A stretch of 64,000 nt of DNA. It comes from the human T2T-CHM13v2.0 reference genome, Homo sapiens. The DNA is taken from the NCBI RefSeq assembly GCF_009914755.1, contig NC_060927.1; one strand, written 5' to 3'. Below, piece by piece: positions 40,101 through 54,353 of this stretch (positions are counted from its first letter, which is position 1; each line of letters begins with the position of its first letter). The position numbers and the translations under genes were made by a program. A model generated the notes under the pieces. It did no database searches. It was given only the letters and a program-made list of their open reading frames with translations, and was not told where the DNA came from.

Positions 40101-41744
40101 AGGTAAAAAAAACCCCTAATGATACATCTTAATGAACCAGAAAGTAACAGTCAACCAAATGTAAAGCTAGTACAAGAAAATAAATAATAAAGATCAGAGC
40201 AGAAATAAATGAAACTGAAATAAAAAATAGAAATGATCAGTAAAATGAAAAATTAGCATTTTGAAAAGATAAAATTGACAAACCTTTAGCCTGACAACTA
40301 AGAAAAAAAAAGCAAGATACCTAAATAAATAAAATCAGAGATGAAAAAGGAGATATAGCCAATACTGCAGAAATTCAATGGATCACTAGAGAATACCATG
40401 AGCAACTACATGTCAATAAATTGGATTATCTAAAATAAATTAATAAATTCCTAGACACATGCAACTTACTAAGACTGAATCGTGAAAAAAATCCAAAAGC
40501 AGAACAGACCAAAGTCACTAATGAGATCAAAGCCATAATAAGACATCTCCCAGCACAGAAAATTCTTGGGACCCAATGGCTTCACTGCAAAATTTTACCA
40601 AACATTTAAAGAACTAATATAAATCCTACTCAAACTATCCCAAAAAATAGAAGAGGAAGGAATACTTCCAAACTTATTCTATGAGGTCAGTATTACACTG
40701 CTACTAAAACCAGAAGAACACACCTTAAAAAAAAGAAAACTATCAGGCAATATTTCTGATTAATACTGCTGAAAAATCCTCAACAAATTACTAGCAAACC
40801 AAATTTATCAACACATTAAAAAGATCATCATAATCAAGTAGGGTTTATGCCAGGGATGTAACGATGTTTCAACATACACGAGTGAATCAATGTGACACAA
40901 CATATCAGCAGAATGAAGGACACAAACCATATGGTCACTTTAATTGACTCTGAAAAAGCATTTGATAAAATGCAATGTCCCTTCATAATTTAAAATAAAA
41001 CCCTCAAAAAAACAGTGCAAGAAGGAGCATACCTCAACACAATAAAAGCAATATTCAACAGAATCACAGCCAGTATCATACTGAATGGGGAAAAACTAAA
41101 AGCCTTTTATTTAAGATTTGGAACACAACAAGTATGCCCACTTTTACCACTTTTATTTGATATAGTACTGGAAGTCCTAAGTTAAACAGTCAGACAAGAA
41201 AAATACACAAATTCCATCCAAATTGAAAAGGAAAAACTCAAATTATCCTTGTTTGCAGATGATATAATCTTATATTTGAAAAAATACTAAATACTACACA
41301 AAAACCTGTTAGAACTGTTAAACAAATTCAGTAAAGTTGCAAGATACAAAACCAACATACAGAAATTAGTAGCATTTCCATATGCCAATAGCTAAAAATC
41401 TAAAAAAGACATCAAGAAAGTAATCTCATTCACAATAGCTACCAATAAAATAAAATACTTAGGAATTAACTTAACCAAAGAAGTGAAAGATCTCTGCAAT
41501 GAAAATTATAAAACATTGATGAAATAAATTTAAGAAGACATTTAAAAAATGGCAAGATATTCCATGTTCATGGGTTGGAAGAATCAATGTTGTTAAAAAA
41601 CGTCCATATTACACAAAGCAATTTATAGATTCAATGCAATCTCTATCAAAATACCAATGGCATTCTTCACAGAAATAGAAAAAAGAATCCTAAAATTTAT
41701 ATGGAACTACAAAAGTCTCAGCATAGCCAAAGATATCCTGAGCA
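34200..41744 (+). mobile_element. Old L1 (L1M1/L1MA-type 5' UTR, ORF1, ORF2 through the RT region), split by L1PB and truncated at an MST element
   Basis: GC-richer repetitive 5' UTR at 34200-35700; ORF1-like sequence 35700-36060 resuming at 38105; endonuclease region from ~39190 (acattgaatgtaaatg, tgcctacaagaaac); RT 'tttgcagatgatataatc' at ~41252. Confidence 0.8.
36065..38085 (+). mobile_element. 5'-truncated L1PB (L1PB1-like)
   Basis: ORF2 fragments ([21 protein letters not shown]; [23 protein letters not shown]). L1PB 3' UTR 'aatggactttgggaactc...cagaaatcaccactgaagaacttatccatgtaac'. Flanking ATAAAGCA repeat. Confidence 0.85.
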
Positions 41745-43707
41745 CCCCCATTATCCAATCACCTCCTACCAGGTCCCTCCCTGAACACATGGGGATTATA
41801 ATTGACATAACGATTCAAAATAAGATTTGAGTGGGAACACAAAGCCAAACCATATCATTTCACCCCTGGCCCCTCCCAAATCTCATGTCCTTCTCATATT
41901 TCAAAACACAATCATGCCTTCCCAACAGTCCCCCAAAGTCTTAACTCATTCCAGCATTAACCCAAAAGTCCAAGTCCAAAGTTTCATCTGAGACAAGGCA
42001 AGTCTCTCTCACCTATGAGTCTAAAAATAAAAAGCTATTTAGTTACTTCTAAGATACAATGGGGGTACAGGCATTTGGTGTATCTTCCCATTCCAATGGG
42101 AGAAATTGGCCAAAACAAAGGGGCCACAGGCTGCATGCAAGTTCAAAACCCAATGGGGTAGTCATTAAATCTTAAAGGTCTAAAATAATCTCCCTGACTC
42201 CATGTCTCACATCCAGGGCATGCTGATGCAAGGGATGGGCTCCCACAGCTCTGTGGCTTGAAGGGTACAGCCCCTGTGGCTGCTTTCATGCACTGGCATC
42301 GAGTGCCTGCAACTTTTCCAGGTGCTTGGTGCAAGCTGTTGGTGGATTTACCATTATGGGGTCTGGAGGATGGTGGCCCTCTTCTCACAGCTCCACCAGG
42401 GAGTTCCCCAGGAGGGACTCTGCATAGGGACTCTGACCTCACATTTCCCTTCCTCACTGCCCTAGCAGAGGTTCTCCAGGAGGACTCTGCCCCTGCAGCA
42501 GACTTCTGCCTAGACATCCAGGCATTTCCATACATCCTCTGAAATCTAGGTAGAGGTTCTCAAACCTCAACTCTTGCCTTCTGTGCACTCACAGGCCCAA
42601 CATCACATGTAAGCCACAAAGGCTTGGGGCTTGCACCCTCTGAAGCCATGGCTTAAGCTGCCCCTTTTAGCCACAGTTGGAGCTGGAGCAGCGGGGATAC
42701 AGGGCATCAAGTCCTGAGGCTGCAAGGAGCAGCAGGGCCCTGGGCTCAGCCCAGGAAACCATTTTTTACCATTAAGCCTCCAGGCCTCTGATGCTGTAAA
42801 GATCTCTGACATGCCCTGGAGACATTTTTCACATTGTCTTGGCTATTAACATTTGGCTCCTAGTTAGTTATGCAAATTTCAAATTTCCTGAATTTCTCCC
42901 CAGAAAAACGGGTTTTTATTTTTGACTGCATGGTCAGGCTGCAAATTTTCCAAACTTTTCTTTTCTGCTTTCCTTTTAAACTTAAGTTCAAATTTCAGAT
43001 CATCTCTCTCAATTTTAAAGTTCCACAGATCTCTAGGGCAGAGACAAAATACTGCCAGTCTCTTTGCTAAAGCATAACAAGAATGACCTTTGCTCCAGTT
43101 CCCAATAAGTTCCTCATCTCCATCTGAGACCACCTCAGCCTGGACTTCATTGTCCCTATTACTATCAGCATTTTGGTCAAGACCATTCAACAAGTCCTTA
43201 GGGTTCCAAACTTTCCCTCATTTCCCTGTCTTCTGAGCCCTCCAAGATGTTCCAACCTCTGCCCGTTACCCAGTTCCAAAGTTGCTTCCATATTTTTTGC
43301 TGTCTTTATAGCACCTAACTCTCAGTATCAATTTTCTGTATTAGTCTGTTTTCACACGCTATAAAGAACTGCCCGCGGCAACTTACAAAGGAAACAGGTT
43401 TAATTGACTCACAGTTCTGCATGGCTGGGGAAGCCTTAGGAAACTTACAATAATGGCAGAAGGCAAAGGGAAAGTAAGGCACATTTTACATGGTGGCACG
43501 CAAGAGAGAGAGGACAGAGAAAACTGCCAAACATTTTTCAAACATCAGATCATGTGAGAACTCACTCTATCACGAGAACAGCTTGAGACAAACTACCTCC
43601 GTGATCCAATACCTCCCACCAAGTTGTGCCCTCAACACGTGGGGATTACAATTCAGATTACAATTCAAGACGAAATTTGGGTAGGGACACGGAGCCAAAC
43701 CATATCA
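41745..43707 (-). mobile_element. MaLR MSTA/THE1-type provirus: 5' LTR 43337-43707, internal 41858-43336, truncated 3' LTR 41745-41857
   Basis: Both LTR starts read TGATATGGTTTGGCT on the minus strand. Internal ORF remnants are MaLR-typical (QAEVVSDGDEELIGNWSKGHSCYALAKRL; MYGNAWMSRQK). Confidence 0.9.
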
Positions 43708-44324
43708 GAGGGTGATTTTAGTTAGTGTGTAAAGGTAAGAGAAGAGATCCTTATCATCTCGGCATACAGCTTTAAAACAGTAGGACTTGGCAGAAGAAGA
43801 GATGCCAGTGGCCCAGAATAACACAGTAGATGTGGTACTTGTTAGCCACTTTCATCCTATCTATGCATTCTTCCCTTTCCCCCTTTTCCTTTATGCTAAT
43901 ATCTTAATATCATGGTGTTGCTTCTAGCTTCCTCTGATTTAAAGCATGAGGGTTTTGCAACTCCTACTGGGAAAGCCAGTGTTGTTACTTTAAGAAAAAC
44001 CTACTAGATGTAATTTCATTTTAAGTTTCTTCTGTATTTCAATATAATTTAGCAAGGGAAGAGATTGAGTGATGGGCTCCGTATAACTCTAGAACAAGTA
44101 GTACCTGCTAGTTCATCTCTCGGATCAGGTTTATCTATTTCTGCCACCACTCTGAGAAGAGTGTGGTGAAGTCTTCGGCTCCTTTTCTGTTTGTGAGGGT
44201 TTAGGTTGTCGTCATTGGTTTCTTCCTTTTGCCTTCTTTAGGCTGAGAGGTTAATGAGTTATCTATTTTTTATAGTAAATCATCTGTCCTAGGTCACTGA
44301 GGAGGATTCCAGGGCCTGGGAGAG

Positions 44325-44960
44325 GGAATGCTGGATCATATTTCTAATCTCATGAGAATCCTCCATACTGTTTTCCATAATGGCTGTACCATCTTACAAT
44401 CTCATCAACCACGCACAAGAGTTCCAATTTTTCTACATCCTTGTTAACATTTGTTAATTCTATTCTTTTGATAGTGGCCATCTTAGGTGATATTTTGTTG
44501 TGGATTTTGATTTGCATTCCTCTTATGGTTAGCGATGTTGACTATCTTTCCATATGCCTGTTGGCCATTTGTATATCTTCTTTGGAGAATTACCTATTCA
44601 AGTCCTTTGCTCATCAGATTATTTGTGTTGTTCTTGTTGAGGTTTTGAAGTTCCTTATACATTTTGGATATTAATCTTTTATCATCAGATATACGACTTC
44701 CAAATATTTTCTCCCATTTTGTTGGTTGGCTTTTCCTGTTGGTGATTGTTTCCTTTGTTGTGCAAATTTGGTAAAGTTTGATGTAGTCCCATTTGTCCGT
44801 TTTGCTTTTGTTACTTGTGCTTTTAGTGCCATATCCAAAGAAATCATTGACAAATCCAGTGTCCCAATATTTGCCCTATGCTTTCTGCTAGGAGTTTTAT
44901 AGTTTTAGGTCTTACAATTAAGTATTTAATCTGTTTTGGGTTAATTTTTCTATATGACGT
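44325..44960 (-). mobile_element. L1MA/MB ORF2 3' fragment
   Basis: 'ctccatactgttttccataatggctgtacc', 'ttggccatttgtatatcttctttggagaa'. Confidence 0.8.
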
Positions 44961-46650
44961 CAGAGTATTTTTTAAATTTTTTCATTGTAAAATCAAATGA
45001 TATAGTAGATTACATGAAACAAATTTATAGTTAATGAATTATCATGATATGAAGACCCTTGTAAACCACCACCCTGGTTAAGAAATAGAACTTTGCCAGC
45101 CACCCATGTGCCCACCCTTGTGCTACAATCAAATCATAGTTACTCTGTTCTTCCATGTGTAACCCTATCCGTAATTTCGTGGTAGTAATTTTACTGCATT
45201 TCCATATAGTATTATCACCAACCTATGAATCATTAGAAACTCTAATTTATTCTTGCACTTTTTAAAACATGGTATGTCTTTTAAATCTGTTTAATCTACA
45301 GGTACACTGTATTTCTAATTTATCTGTTGAAGGACATGAGCCATTTAAGGACATGAACCATTTGACCTGTAGCTTCCTAAAATCTGGATTTTGCTGATTG
45401 CATTTTTTTTTTGCAGTTTACCATGTTCCATTGTCTCTGTATTTTCTGTGAATTGCCAGTTGGAATCCAAAGGCTTGATCAGATTCAAATTTAATCACTT
45501 TGGCAAGAGTATACACAGTGGGGTTTTCTTTCCTTAGAAAGGATATAATTGTCACTTTTTGTTTATGTTAGAAACCATTGAGACTCAAAGTATAGATTTA
45601 TTCACTGGAGATTGCAAAATATTTTAATTCTATTATTTTGTTTTTATACATTACCTGGATGATTTATACAAAATGGTTACCTTTATATATTATTTAGTTA
45701 TCCAGTGGCACACATCTTATAAGAAAGGCAGGATAAATTGTCAATCATTTCCTTTTCTTTACCTACTTTTCAAGATAATGAATGGATTCCCTGCTATCTT
45801 CATAGTGCAACCAATTAATTTAAAATAATATGTTAGTATATACTCAAGGATTTCAGCCCCTTATATTGGTTAATTCCTTATTAAAGTAGTTCAAATTTTC
45901 CCATTTAGGGCCAATGGACACTCTTTTCAGTCATCTTGATATGAGCCTGGAAATCTTTGACCACTTCCTTGCTGTCTGGTATGTTGGTATTTTCCTGGCT
46001 CACATTATGTATTCCCAGCACAGGTCTGGGATTAGCTATTTATCCCCAAGTACCAAATTTCCATTTACTATCTGGCTTACTTTGATGAAAATGATGTTTC
46101 AAAGCTATTATCTGAGCACAAGTTCTTTTCAGTGAACACAAATAGGAATGTTATATAAATATTTAAAGTAATTCTTAACTTTACTCTTTTTTTTAGCTTA
46201 AATGCAGGAACAAGGTTTTTACCTGATCTCTTTTGTATCACATCTCTCTTTTTTTCACAAAAAGAATTTAAGAATATAGAGACTTAACAGACATACAATG
46301 AGAAAATTAAAAGAGCCACAATTTCGAATACTTTCAAGTTTGCTTTTTCTCACTTAAAAATTAAGCAGTCTCAGAACAACAATATGAATACTATCACCAC
46401 TAATTTTGATTACAGAAAATAGTTAATTTTGTCTTTTACTATTTTCTTTTTCCCCTACTTAATCTAGTTGCACTTTGTCTACACTGTCAGATAAAAAATG
46501 CCCTTACATGCTATTCTCTCTCCTTTAACAATGATTCTCCTTTATAAATGTATTAAATAACAATATATTTAATGATGTCAATCAATACCTATGTTGATAT
46601 CTCTTTATTAATTTTGGTTGTATGAAGGTTATTCTCTACTAGATTCCTTT

Positions 46651-47455
46651 TGAAACGGAAAAGGTTCCCTTTCCCCCTCACAGGGTGTGCGATGGGGGTG
46701 TGGCTTGCTTCTTCAGTGCCCCACTGCTCAAACCCCTAGGGGAGCATACAGACATGCAGGCTGTGGGGCTCTGACCCCATGGCAGTGTCTAGGAGAATGT
46801 CTACAGCTGAAGCTCCAGTGAACGTGTGTTACAGAATGCTCTTTTAATTTGCAGGCTATAGGCAGCTTGTATTAACCAGCTCAATTAGACCGTCTACCTT
46901 GTTGCAAGGACAGAGGACTTTCTGTATCCTGGGTTCTTGCCTTGGTGTACTGGAAGAATTGGATCATGAGTGCAGAGTTTTATTGAGTGGAAGTAGCTCT
47001 CAGTCAATGGGGGAGCCGGAAGGGAGATGGTTTTCCCCTGGAATTGGGCCACACAGCAGCCCCGGCTCTGCTCCAACTGGCCCAGCCAAACTCTGCCTTT
47101 TTCCGCCAGTCAATGGCCTCCCATCCTGCCAGTGCCTGTCAGCATGCTCTTCCGCCAGCGTGCTCTCACCAACCTGCCAGTTGTGTCTTCTTCCGCCAAT
47201 GTGTTCCTCTCAAACTCCAGCCGCTTCTGTCTGCCCTAGGGTCTTGAGGATTTTTATAGGCACAGGATTGGGGCATGGCAGGCCAGGGTGATCTTGGGAA
47301 ATGCAACATTTGGGTGCAAAGGCGGAAGTGTCTGTTTTCATTTAGGTCCGTGGGGGTGGAGCCCTAGCCAGGGACTGTGCCCTCCTCTACTCAGCACTTC
47401 CCTTCCTCACTTCTGTATCATCTAAAGGGACCACACTCTTCCCTTCCCACCACTT
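46651..47455 (-). mobile_element. ERV1 solo LTR (LTR27/LTR28-like)
   Basis: GC-rich block starting TGAAACGGAAAAGGTTCCC. The minus strand has TGATACAGAAGTGAGGAAGGGAAGTGCTGAGTAGAGGAGGG. Explains ORFs 46894-47291. Confidence 0.7.
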
Positions 47456-47809
47456 TTGGATTACGTTGGAAGTGCTCCTGAGTACAATATTTACTGAGTT
47501 CTTATATGTTGAAAAATTGTGAATATTGAATTCTTACCTCACATTTACTTTTATTACATATATAGATACACTATATTTTCTTCTGGCATAAAGAATGGCT
47601 ATTAAATTACAATGATAATCTAATTAGTTACCTTATAAGCCAAGTGATCTTTTTGTCTGGATACATATTTATTTCCCTTTTCTTTAGAGTACAGTAATTT
47701 TATAAGAATATGTCTTGGTGTTGACCATTCTGGTTCATATTCTCAGGTACATGGTGTGGTCTTCAATTATGTATTTCCAGGTCTTTTTTATTTTAGCAAA
47801 GTTTCTTGA

Positions 47810-48154
<345 letters not shown>

Positions 48155-50186
48155 AATTTTTTTTTTTTTTTAGTGACTGCTTTATCCATGAGGTGGCTCT
48201 TCTTTGCTTATCTTCAAAATTTGTCACTTTCTCTTGAATACCATTTATCTCTTCTTTTTTGATATTTAAAATTTTATTCCTTTTCATACTGCATTTTTTG
48301 TTGTGATTTGTTGTGTTTTTCTCCATTCCTTCTATTTCGGTTTTTATGTCTATGTTTTATTTTATAGTTACTTTGTATGAGATTTGACTTTGATACTTTT
48401 CGATTTGGATTTCATTTGGTTCTGAACTTGTAGAAGGAAACAGTTCAGACGTCTTCTCTGATATCAGAGTTCCCTCTTCGGTTTTTGGAAAGTGTTAAAA
48501 TAAAAAAGTAGAGTGGCTTGCTTTCAGATGTTTTTCAATTCAGTAGCCTTTCCCCACTTTTATCTGGACCTCTGCTTATGGCCTCTTTGTTGTTCACGTC
48601 CTCCTCAGCTTGTATTTCACTCCCATCAATTTCTGCTCTGTGGGGTTCTATCCTTCATGGAAGCCAGGGCTGGGCAGATCCAGGCTTTATTGGAGCCAGA
48701 TGGTTCCATTGTTTCAGACTGGGCCTCTTGAAGGCAGCTGCTATTGGAATGGACAAAACCCGTCCCAATTTACCTACTATTCTCAACTTGGCCTCCTGTG
48801 TTTTTCAGTGAATACTTGTTAACCAATTTTTGATAGCCTTGTTATTTGATCTGTCAGACAGCCTCTGCTTTCCTCTGTATTCTCCTGCCTAGATGTTGAT
48901 AACACGCCAGTTTTATGCCTATTAATACACTTTGTTTCCATTCTTATGTTTTGAGATTTGTGGGAATACTTTGTCAACAAGTTTTGTTGTACACATTGTC
49001 AATTTCATTTTAGTTTTGATATGTAGTGCTCCATTTGTTTCTATGTAGATGTCAATAAGTCCTAAAAACTGCCTGCTACTTGTTACCTCCATTTTTCCAA
49101 AATTTCTAATCTTAACCTTTTAACTGAAAACTGTATTTCACAAAAATTACTAGTATAATTGTATTGATATAGATGGTTTTATTGTTTTTATATCTATATA
49201 AATGTTCTGTTTTCTAATTTTAAATTTATTTTCAACACTTAGCTGATTTATACAGTTCAAGAATCAAATTTATACAAAAAAGAAAACATGGAAAAGTGGT
49301 GGTCACATTCTTGTTACTCTTCACACTTTTTCCTGCACCCCCACAACTATATGTAACTTTTATTAATTTTATGACATTTGACCTTGCTATTTTTCTGTTG
49401 CTCATTTTCCCAGTATTTCTTTATAAGAAAATACAATTATATATTCTTGTTTTTCTTATTTATTTCTTATAAGTAAGCTATTATCTGCATAATTCTCCAC
49501 ATTTTATTTTTTACCTAATTATATACTCTGAAGAAATTTTTAAATAATTACCTAGCTTCCACTTTGTTTGAATATCTGCACAATATCCTATTGCGTGGAG
49601 GTGCTGTAGTTTCTTTAACCAGTCACCCATAGGTGGGCATTTGAGTTACTTATTACGTTTTTCTACTAAAAAGAATGTCACGAAGTAAAATTTAGTTATA
49701 TGTACATAATTTCATAATTTAGATTTGTATAACAAATTCTCGGAAATGTGTTGTTTGTATCAAAGTGGAATATATATTTACATTATTAGGTGTTACAATT
49801 GTCTTTCCTATGGTTTGACCATTTTGCACTACTGTATTAGTGCAAAACTAATGCTGCCTTTAGAATGAGTTGTCAATCTTTTTTATTTTTCACAATTAAT
49901 TTGGAAAAAATTACATTTCACTGAAATATTATGAGCCTATTATACATGATATTAAACTTCTTTTAACATGTTTAAAGGCCATTTGTGTTTCCCTTTGCTT
50001 TGAATGTGCATTCATAAACCTCATTGATTTCCTGTTGCATTGTTGGTAGTATTATTCTTAATATACAGAACATCTATATATTAGGGAACTATCTGTTCTT
50101 CTGTAGTACACATTCCACACATTTTAAATGTTTTTACATTTGTCTTTTTCTTACTGGGAATTTTGCGTTTGGATGAACTCTTTAAC

Positions 50187-50824
50187 TGAGGAGGTCAACA
50201 GACCTGAAGCTCTGGACCAGCAATCTCGGCTCATGTGATAGTGAGCAAAGAATTGCAAACTAACACCAAAATGCAAGCTCAAAGCAAAGTTTATTGAAGC
50301 ACAGTAATACATTCTCAGAGGGAGAGCAGACTAATTTCTGCAAAGTGAAATTAGCCCCTCCTTACAAAACTCAACGGGCTTTCATGAGAGTTTTTTGGAG
50401 AGGAGTTGAGGTTTGGGCTATGTCAGTGACAGAATGATGTTATTTGATTAGCAGTTTATGGTTACATAGCTAAAATTAAACTGCATATGTTCTTACCCAT
50501 AGTTTATTAGGAAAAACCCACTGGAGGGATAAAACCACATGTAAATTTTATTATAATTATGGTATAATGAGCTTGGGGTGAACTTGAGGACACAGTTCCG
50601 TGCTACTGGGTATGCACCACTTTAGGGGATTTCCAACTATTCCCTAGTTTCTCCTTCTCCAGGATGTGCTGGCCACAGACTTTACCAGTAACTCGATCCC
50701 TTAGGGTGGAGTTAGGGCAGTTCTGGGGCTGAACTTAGGTGGACCATAGGCTGCTGTCTTAGTGACAGCCTTTTTGTTCTCTTCTTTTACCGCCTCCTAG
50801 CTGTTAATGTCTATCTACCTAACA
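50187..50824 (-). mobile_element. Solo LTR (ERVL, LTR42-like; subfamily uncertain)
   Basis: TG...CA termini. Minus strand begins TGTTAGGTAGATAGACATTAACAGCTAGGAGG, with AATAAA near 50290 on the minus strand. Confidence 0.55.
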
Positions 50825-50838
50825 TTTTAAATATATGT

Positions 50839-51213
50839 TGTATTAGTCCATTTTCCCACTGCTGTAAAAATACTACATGAGGCTGGGTAATTTAAAAAGG
50901 AAAGAGGTTTAGTTGACTCTCAGTTTCACATGGCTGGGGAGGCCTCAGGAAACTTACAATTGTGGTGGAAGGCAAAGGGGGAAGGAAGGCATGTCTTACA
51001 CGGTGGCAGGCAAGAGAGCATGAGAGTGAAGGAGGAACTGCCAAGCACTTCTAAAACCATCAGATCTTGTGAGAACTCACTCACTGTCATGAGAACAGCA
51101 TGGGGGAAACCACCCTCATGATCCAATAACCTCCCACCAGGTCTCTCCCTCCACAGCTGAGGATTACAATTTAATAGGGGATTTGGGTGGGGACACAGAG
51201 CCAAACCATATCA
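50839..51213 (-). mobile_element. MSTA/THE1D-like MaLR solo LTR
   Basis: TGTATTAGTCC...CCAAACCATATCA with a 5-bp TSD TATGT at 50834-50838 and 51214-51218. Confidence 0.9.
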
Positions 51214-51389
51214 TATGTAGAACTTGCTTACTGTGAGTTTAAGGTTTTTTTTTATTTTCTTGTAAAATGTGTCAATCTTTTTAATAATCACTTCCAGGTC
51301 TTTAAATAACCGTTAAAACAAACTTCTCCTTTGTTATAACAGAGTTTACTCATATTTTTTCAAGTACTTGCCTGGCTTGCTTTTGGTTT

Positions 51390-53150
51390 GTTTATTTCTA
51401 TTGTGATAAAATATACCTAATATTTATCATTTTAACCACTCATAAATGTTCAATTCAGAGACATTAAATACGTTTACAATGTTTTGCAACCATGACCACT
51501 ATCTATACTCAAAACTTTTTTTTATCATTCCCAATAAAATTCTGTGCCCATTAATCAATAACTCACTTTCCCAACCTCTCCCCAGGCCCTGGTAACCTCG
51601 ATTTTATGTTGTGTCTGTAAATTTATCTATTCTAGGTAGCTCAGTTAAGTGAAATTATGAAATATTTAACCTTCTGTGCCTAGCTTATCCACTAGGCATA
51701 ATATTTCCAAGGTCCATGTTGTAGGAAAAGAATTTCATTCCTTTGTATGACTGAATATTGCAAATACATACTACTCTATTGCAAATATATGCCATTTATG
51801 TTTATGCATTCCTCAGTTGATGGACACTTGGATTGTTTCCAGCTCTGTGGCTGGCTTTTGTGGATAATGCTGCAATGGACATTTGAGGTTTCAAGGAATT
51901 TGTCCCTTGGTTCGAGGTTATCTAATTTTTAGGCCTACAGCTGTTTATTGTATTCTCTTATAATCCTTTTCATCTCTGTAAGACAAGTTAGTTTTGTCCC
52001 CACTCTCTCTTCTGGTTTTAGTTATTTGTGTATTCTTGTTTTTTGGATTTGTTGTTCCAACTAAAGGTTTGTCAATTTTGTTGGTTTTTTTCAGACATCC
52101 AACTTTTGGTTTCTCTGTTTTTCTCTATTTTTTTTATTCTTTATTTTGTTTATTCACATTCTAATCTTTACTACTTGTTATTTCTGCTAGCTTTGAGCTT
52201 AATTTGCTTTTTTCTCCCCAGTTCCTTAAGGTATAAATTTAGGTTGCTGACTTGAGATTTTTCTCCTTTCTTTCTTTGTCTTTTTCTTTCTCTTTCTTTC
52301 TTTCCTTTCTTTCTTCTTTCTTCCTTTTTTTTTTTTTTTTTTTTTTTGCATTTCCAGCTATAAATTTCCCTCTTAGCACTGCTTTGCTGCAACTCATAAG
52401 TTTTGGTGTGTTGTGATTTTGTTTTCATTCATCTCTTTGTATTCTCTAATTTTCCTTATAATTTTTTTTTTCTCTGAACTATTGGTTGTTTAAAAGTGTG
52501 TTGTTTAGTCTGGGTGCAGTGGCTCATGCCTGTACTTTGAGAGGCCAAGAGGGAGGATTGCTTGAGGCCAGGAGTTTGCAACCAGCCTGGACAATATAGG
52601 TATACTCTGCCTGTACAGAAAATTAAAACATTAATTGAGTGTAGTAGCACACACCTGTAGTCTTAGCTACTCAGGAGGTTGAGGCAGGAGGCTGAGGCAG
52701 GAGGATTGCTTGAGCCCAGAAGTTTGAGGCTGCAGTGAGCTATGATTGCACTACAGCACTCCAGGCTGGGCAATAAAGCAAGACCTTGTCTATAAAAAAT
52801 AAATAATAAATAATAAATAGAAACAAAAGTTGTTTAATTTCTACATATTTGTGAATTTTCCAGTTTTCTTTTTGTTATTAAGTTCTAACTATACCATTCT
52901 GATCATAGGAAAATACTTTTTATGATAAGCTACTATATTTAAAAAAATCTATTAAGACCTATTATGTGGCCTAATATATAGTTTATCTTAGAGAATATCC
53001 CATGTGCACTTGAAGTAATGTATATTTTGCTGTTGTTGAGTGGAGTGTTCTATATATATGTCTGTTAGGTCTAGTCAGTTTATTGTGTAGTTAAAGTTCT
53101 CTATTCCTTCATGGATCTTCTATCTGGTTGTTTTATTCATTCTTGAAAGT
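51390..53150 (-). mobile_element. L1MA/MB fragments interrupted by an Alu
   Basis: 3' UTR-type 'cagttgatggacacttggattgtttccag' and ORF2-type 'tataaatttccctcttagcactgctttgctgca', 'gagaatatcccatgtgcacttga'. Confidence 0.7.
52509..52820 (+). mobile_element. AluJ (diverged)
   Basis: Sense Alu with an (AAAT)n tail. Confidence 0.85.
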
Positions 53151-54353
53151 GGTTAGGATTTCAACATATAACTTCTGGCGGGGGGCAAAAACATTCAATG
53201 TATAGCAACGTTTAAAAGAAATATTTGTATGTATGTGTCCTGCACATATCATTAAAAGAAGAAGATTCATACCCACTATGTAAGTTCAGTTTGGTGTTAC
53301 TTATATTATAATTTGCATTTCTTTAGGAGGAGATAAAGATAAATTGATCAACCCTACCTGTTAGGGATCACAAAAAGCAACATAGAAGGAATTGAACAGA
53401 AAATTAAAAGGAAAAATGAATGTTTGACAAGGAGATGGGATCAGAGAAATTGAGTGGTTCATTCTAAGAGGAGACATGTGACAAGAGCTCTAGAAGCCTT
53501 ATTGGTTTGTTGTTGTTGTTCTTATACAATCATTTCCAGCAATTGAGGTCAACCCAAATTATAGGGTAAAAGAAGAGACACTGTGAAGATGATCAGAAAC
53601 ATACACCATCCTATTGAGGAATTTGGATTTTATCTCAGAGGAAATGAAAAAAATACTACTTGCTATAAAAGTGTTTGAGATTGTCTGAACTTAATAGAAC
53701 TAAGTTGTGGGAAGGGGCATCCAAGACTCCATAGATATTAGTCATATATTATGACACTGTGTGGTGAAAATTTGTGAAGCTTAAATAAGCACACTGTCCT
53801 GAACTGTTTGCATGGTGCCTCAGAACTTCACACACCAAAAGCCACAAATGGGCAAATCAAACATTATTTCTCTTTCTTCCACAATGTCTCTTTCTGTTCA
53901 TTTATGTGTGTGCATGTGTGGTGTGTGTGAAGGCAGATGTCTTGCTATCTTTACCTTAACTCTATTCCTCCCTTAGTTTTTGCCATAACTGACCACTCCT
54001 AAAGTTACTTTCCAGATACCATTGCTGTTGGTGGATTTGAGAATTTCCCTTTCCTAGTATCTTTAGGCATTAATTAACCAATTAACTAGGCCATCCATTA
54101 ATTTATTTTAAATGTTTATTAAGCACTGCTACATGCACAGCTTTGAGCACTTAGGGGTTGCAAGGATAAAAAAATTAGGGTGTCTTCCTTTAATAATCTT
54201 ACTGTCTACTTAAAAAGGGAGGCACACAAATGAGTTAAATTTAAGTTTTATAATTGGGCTAAGATGATAAGTCTCATTTTATCCAGGACAGTTCCAATAT
54301 ATGCACATTATTATTAATAGTAGTGTCTCTTTTATTTAATAGTGTTCTTCTTT

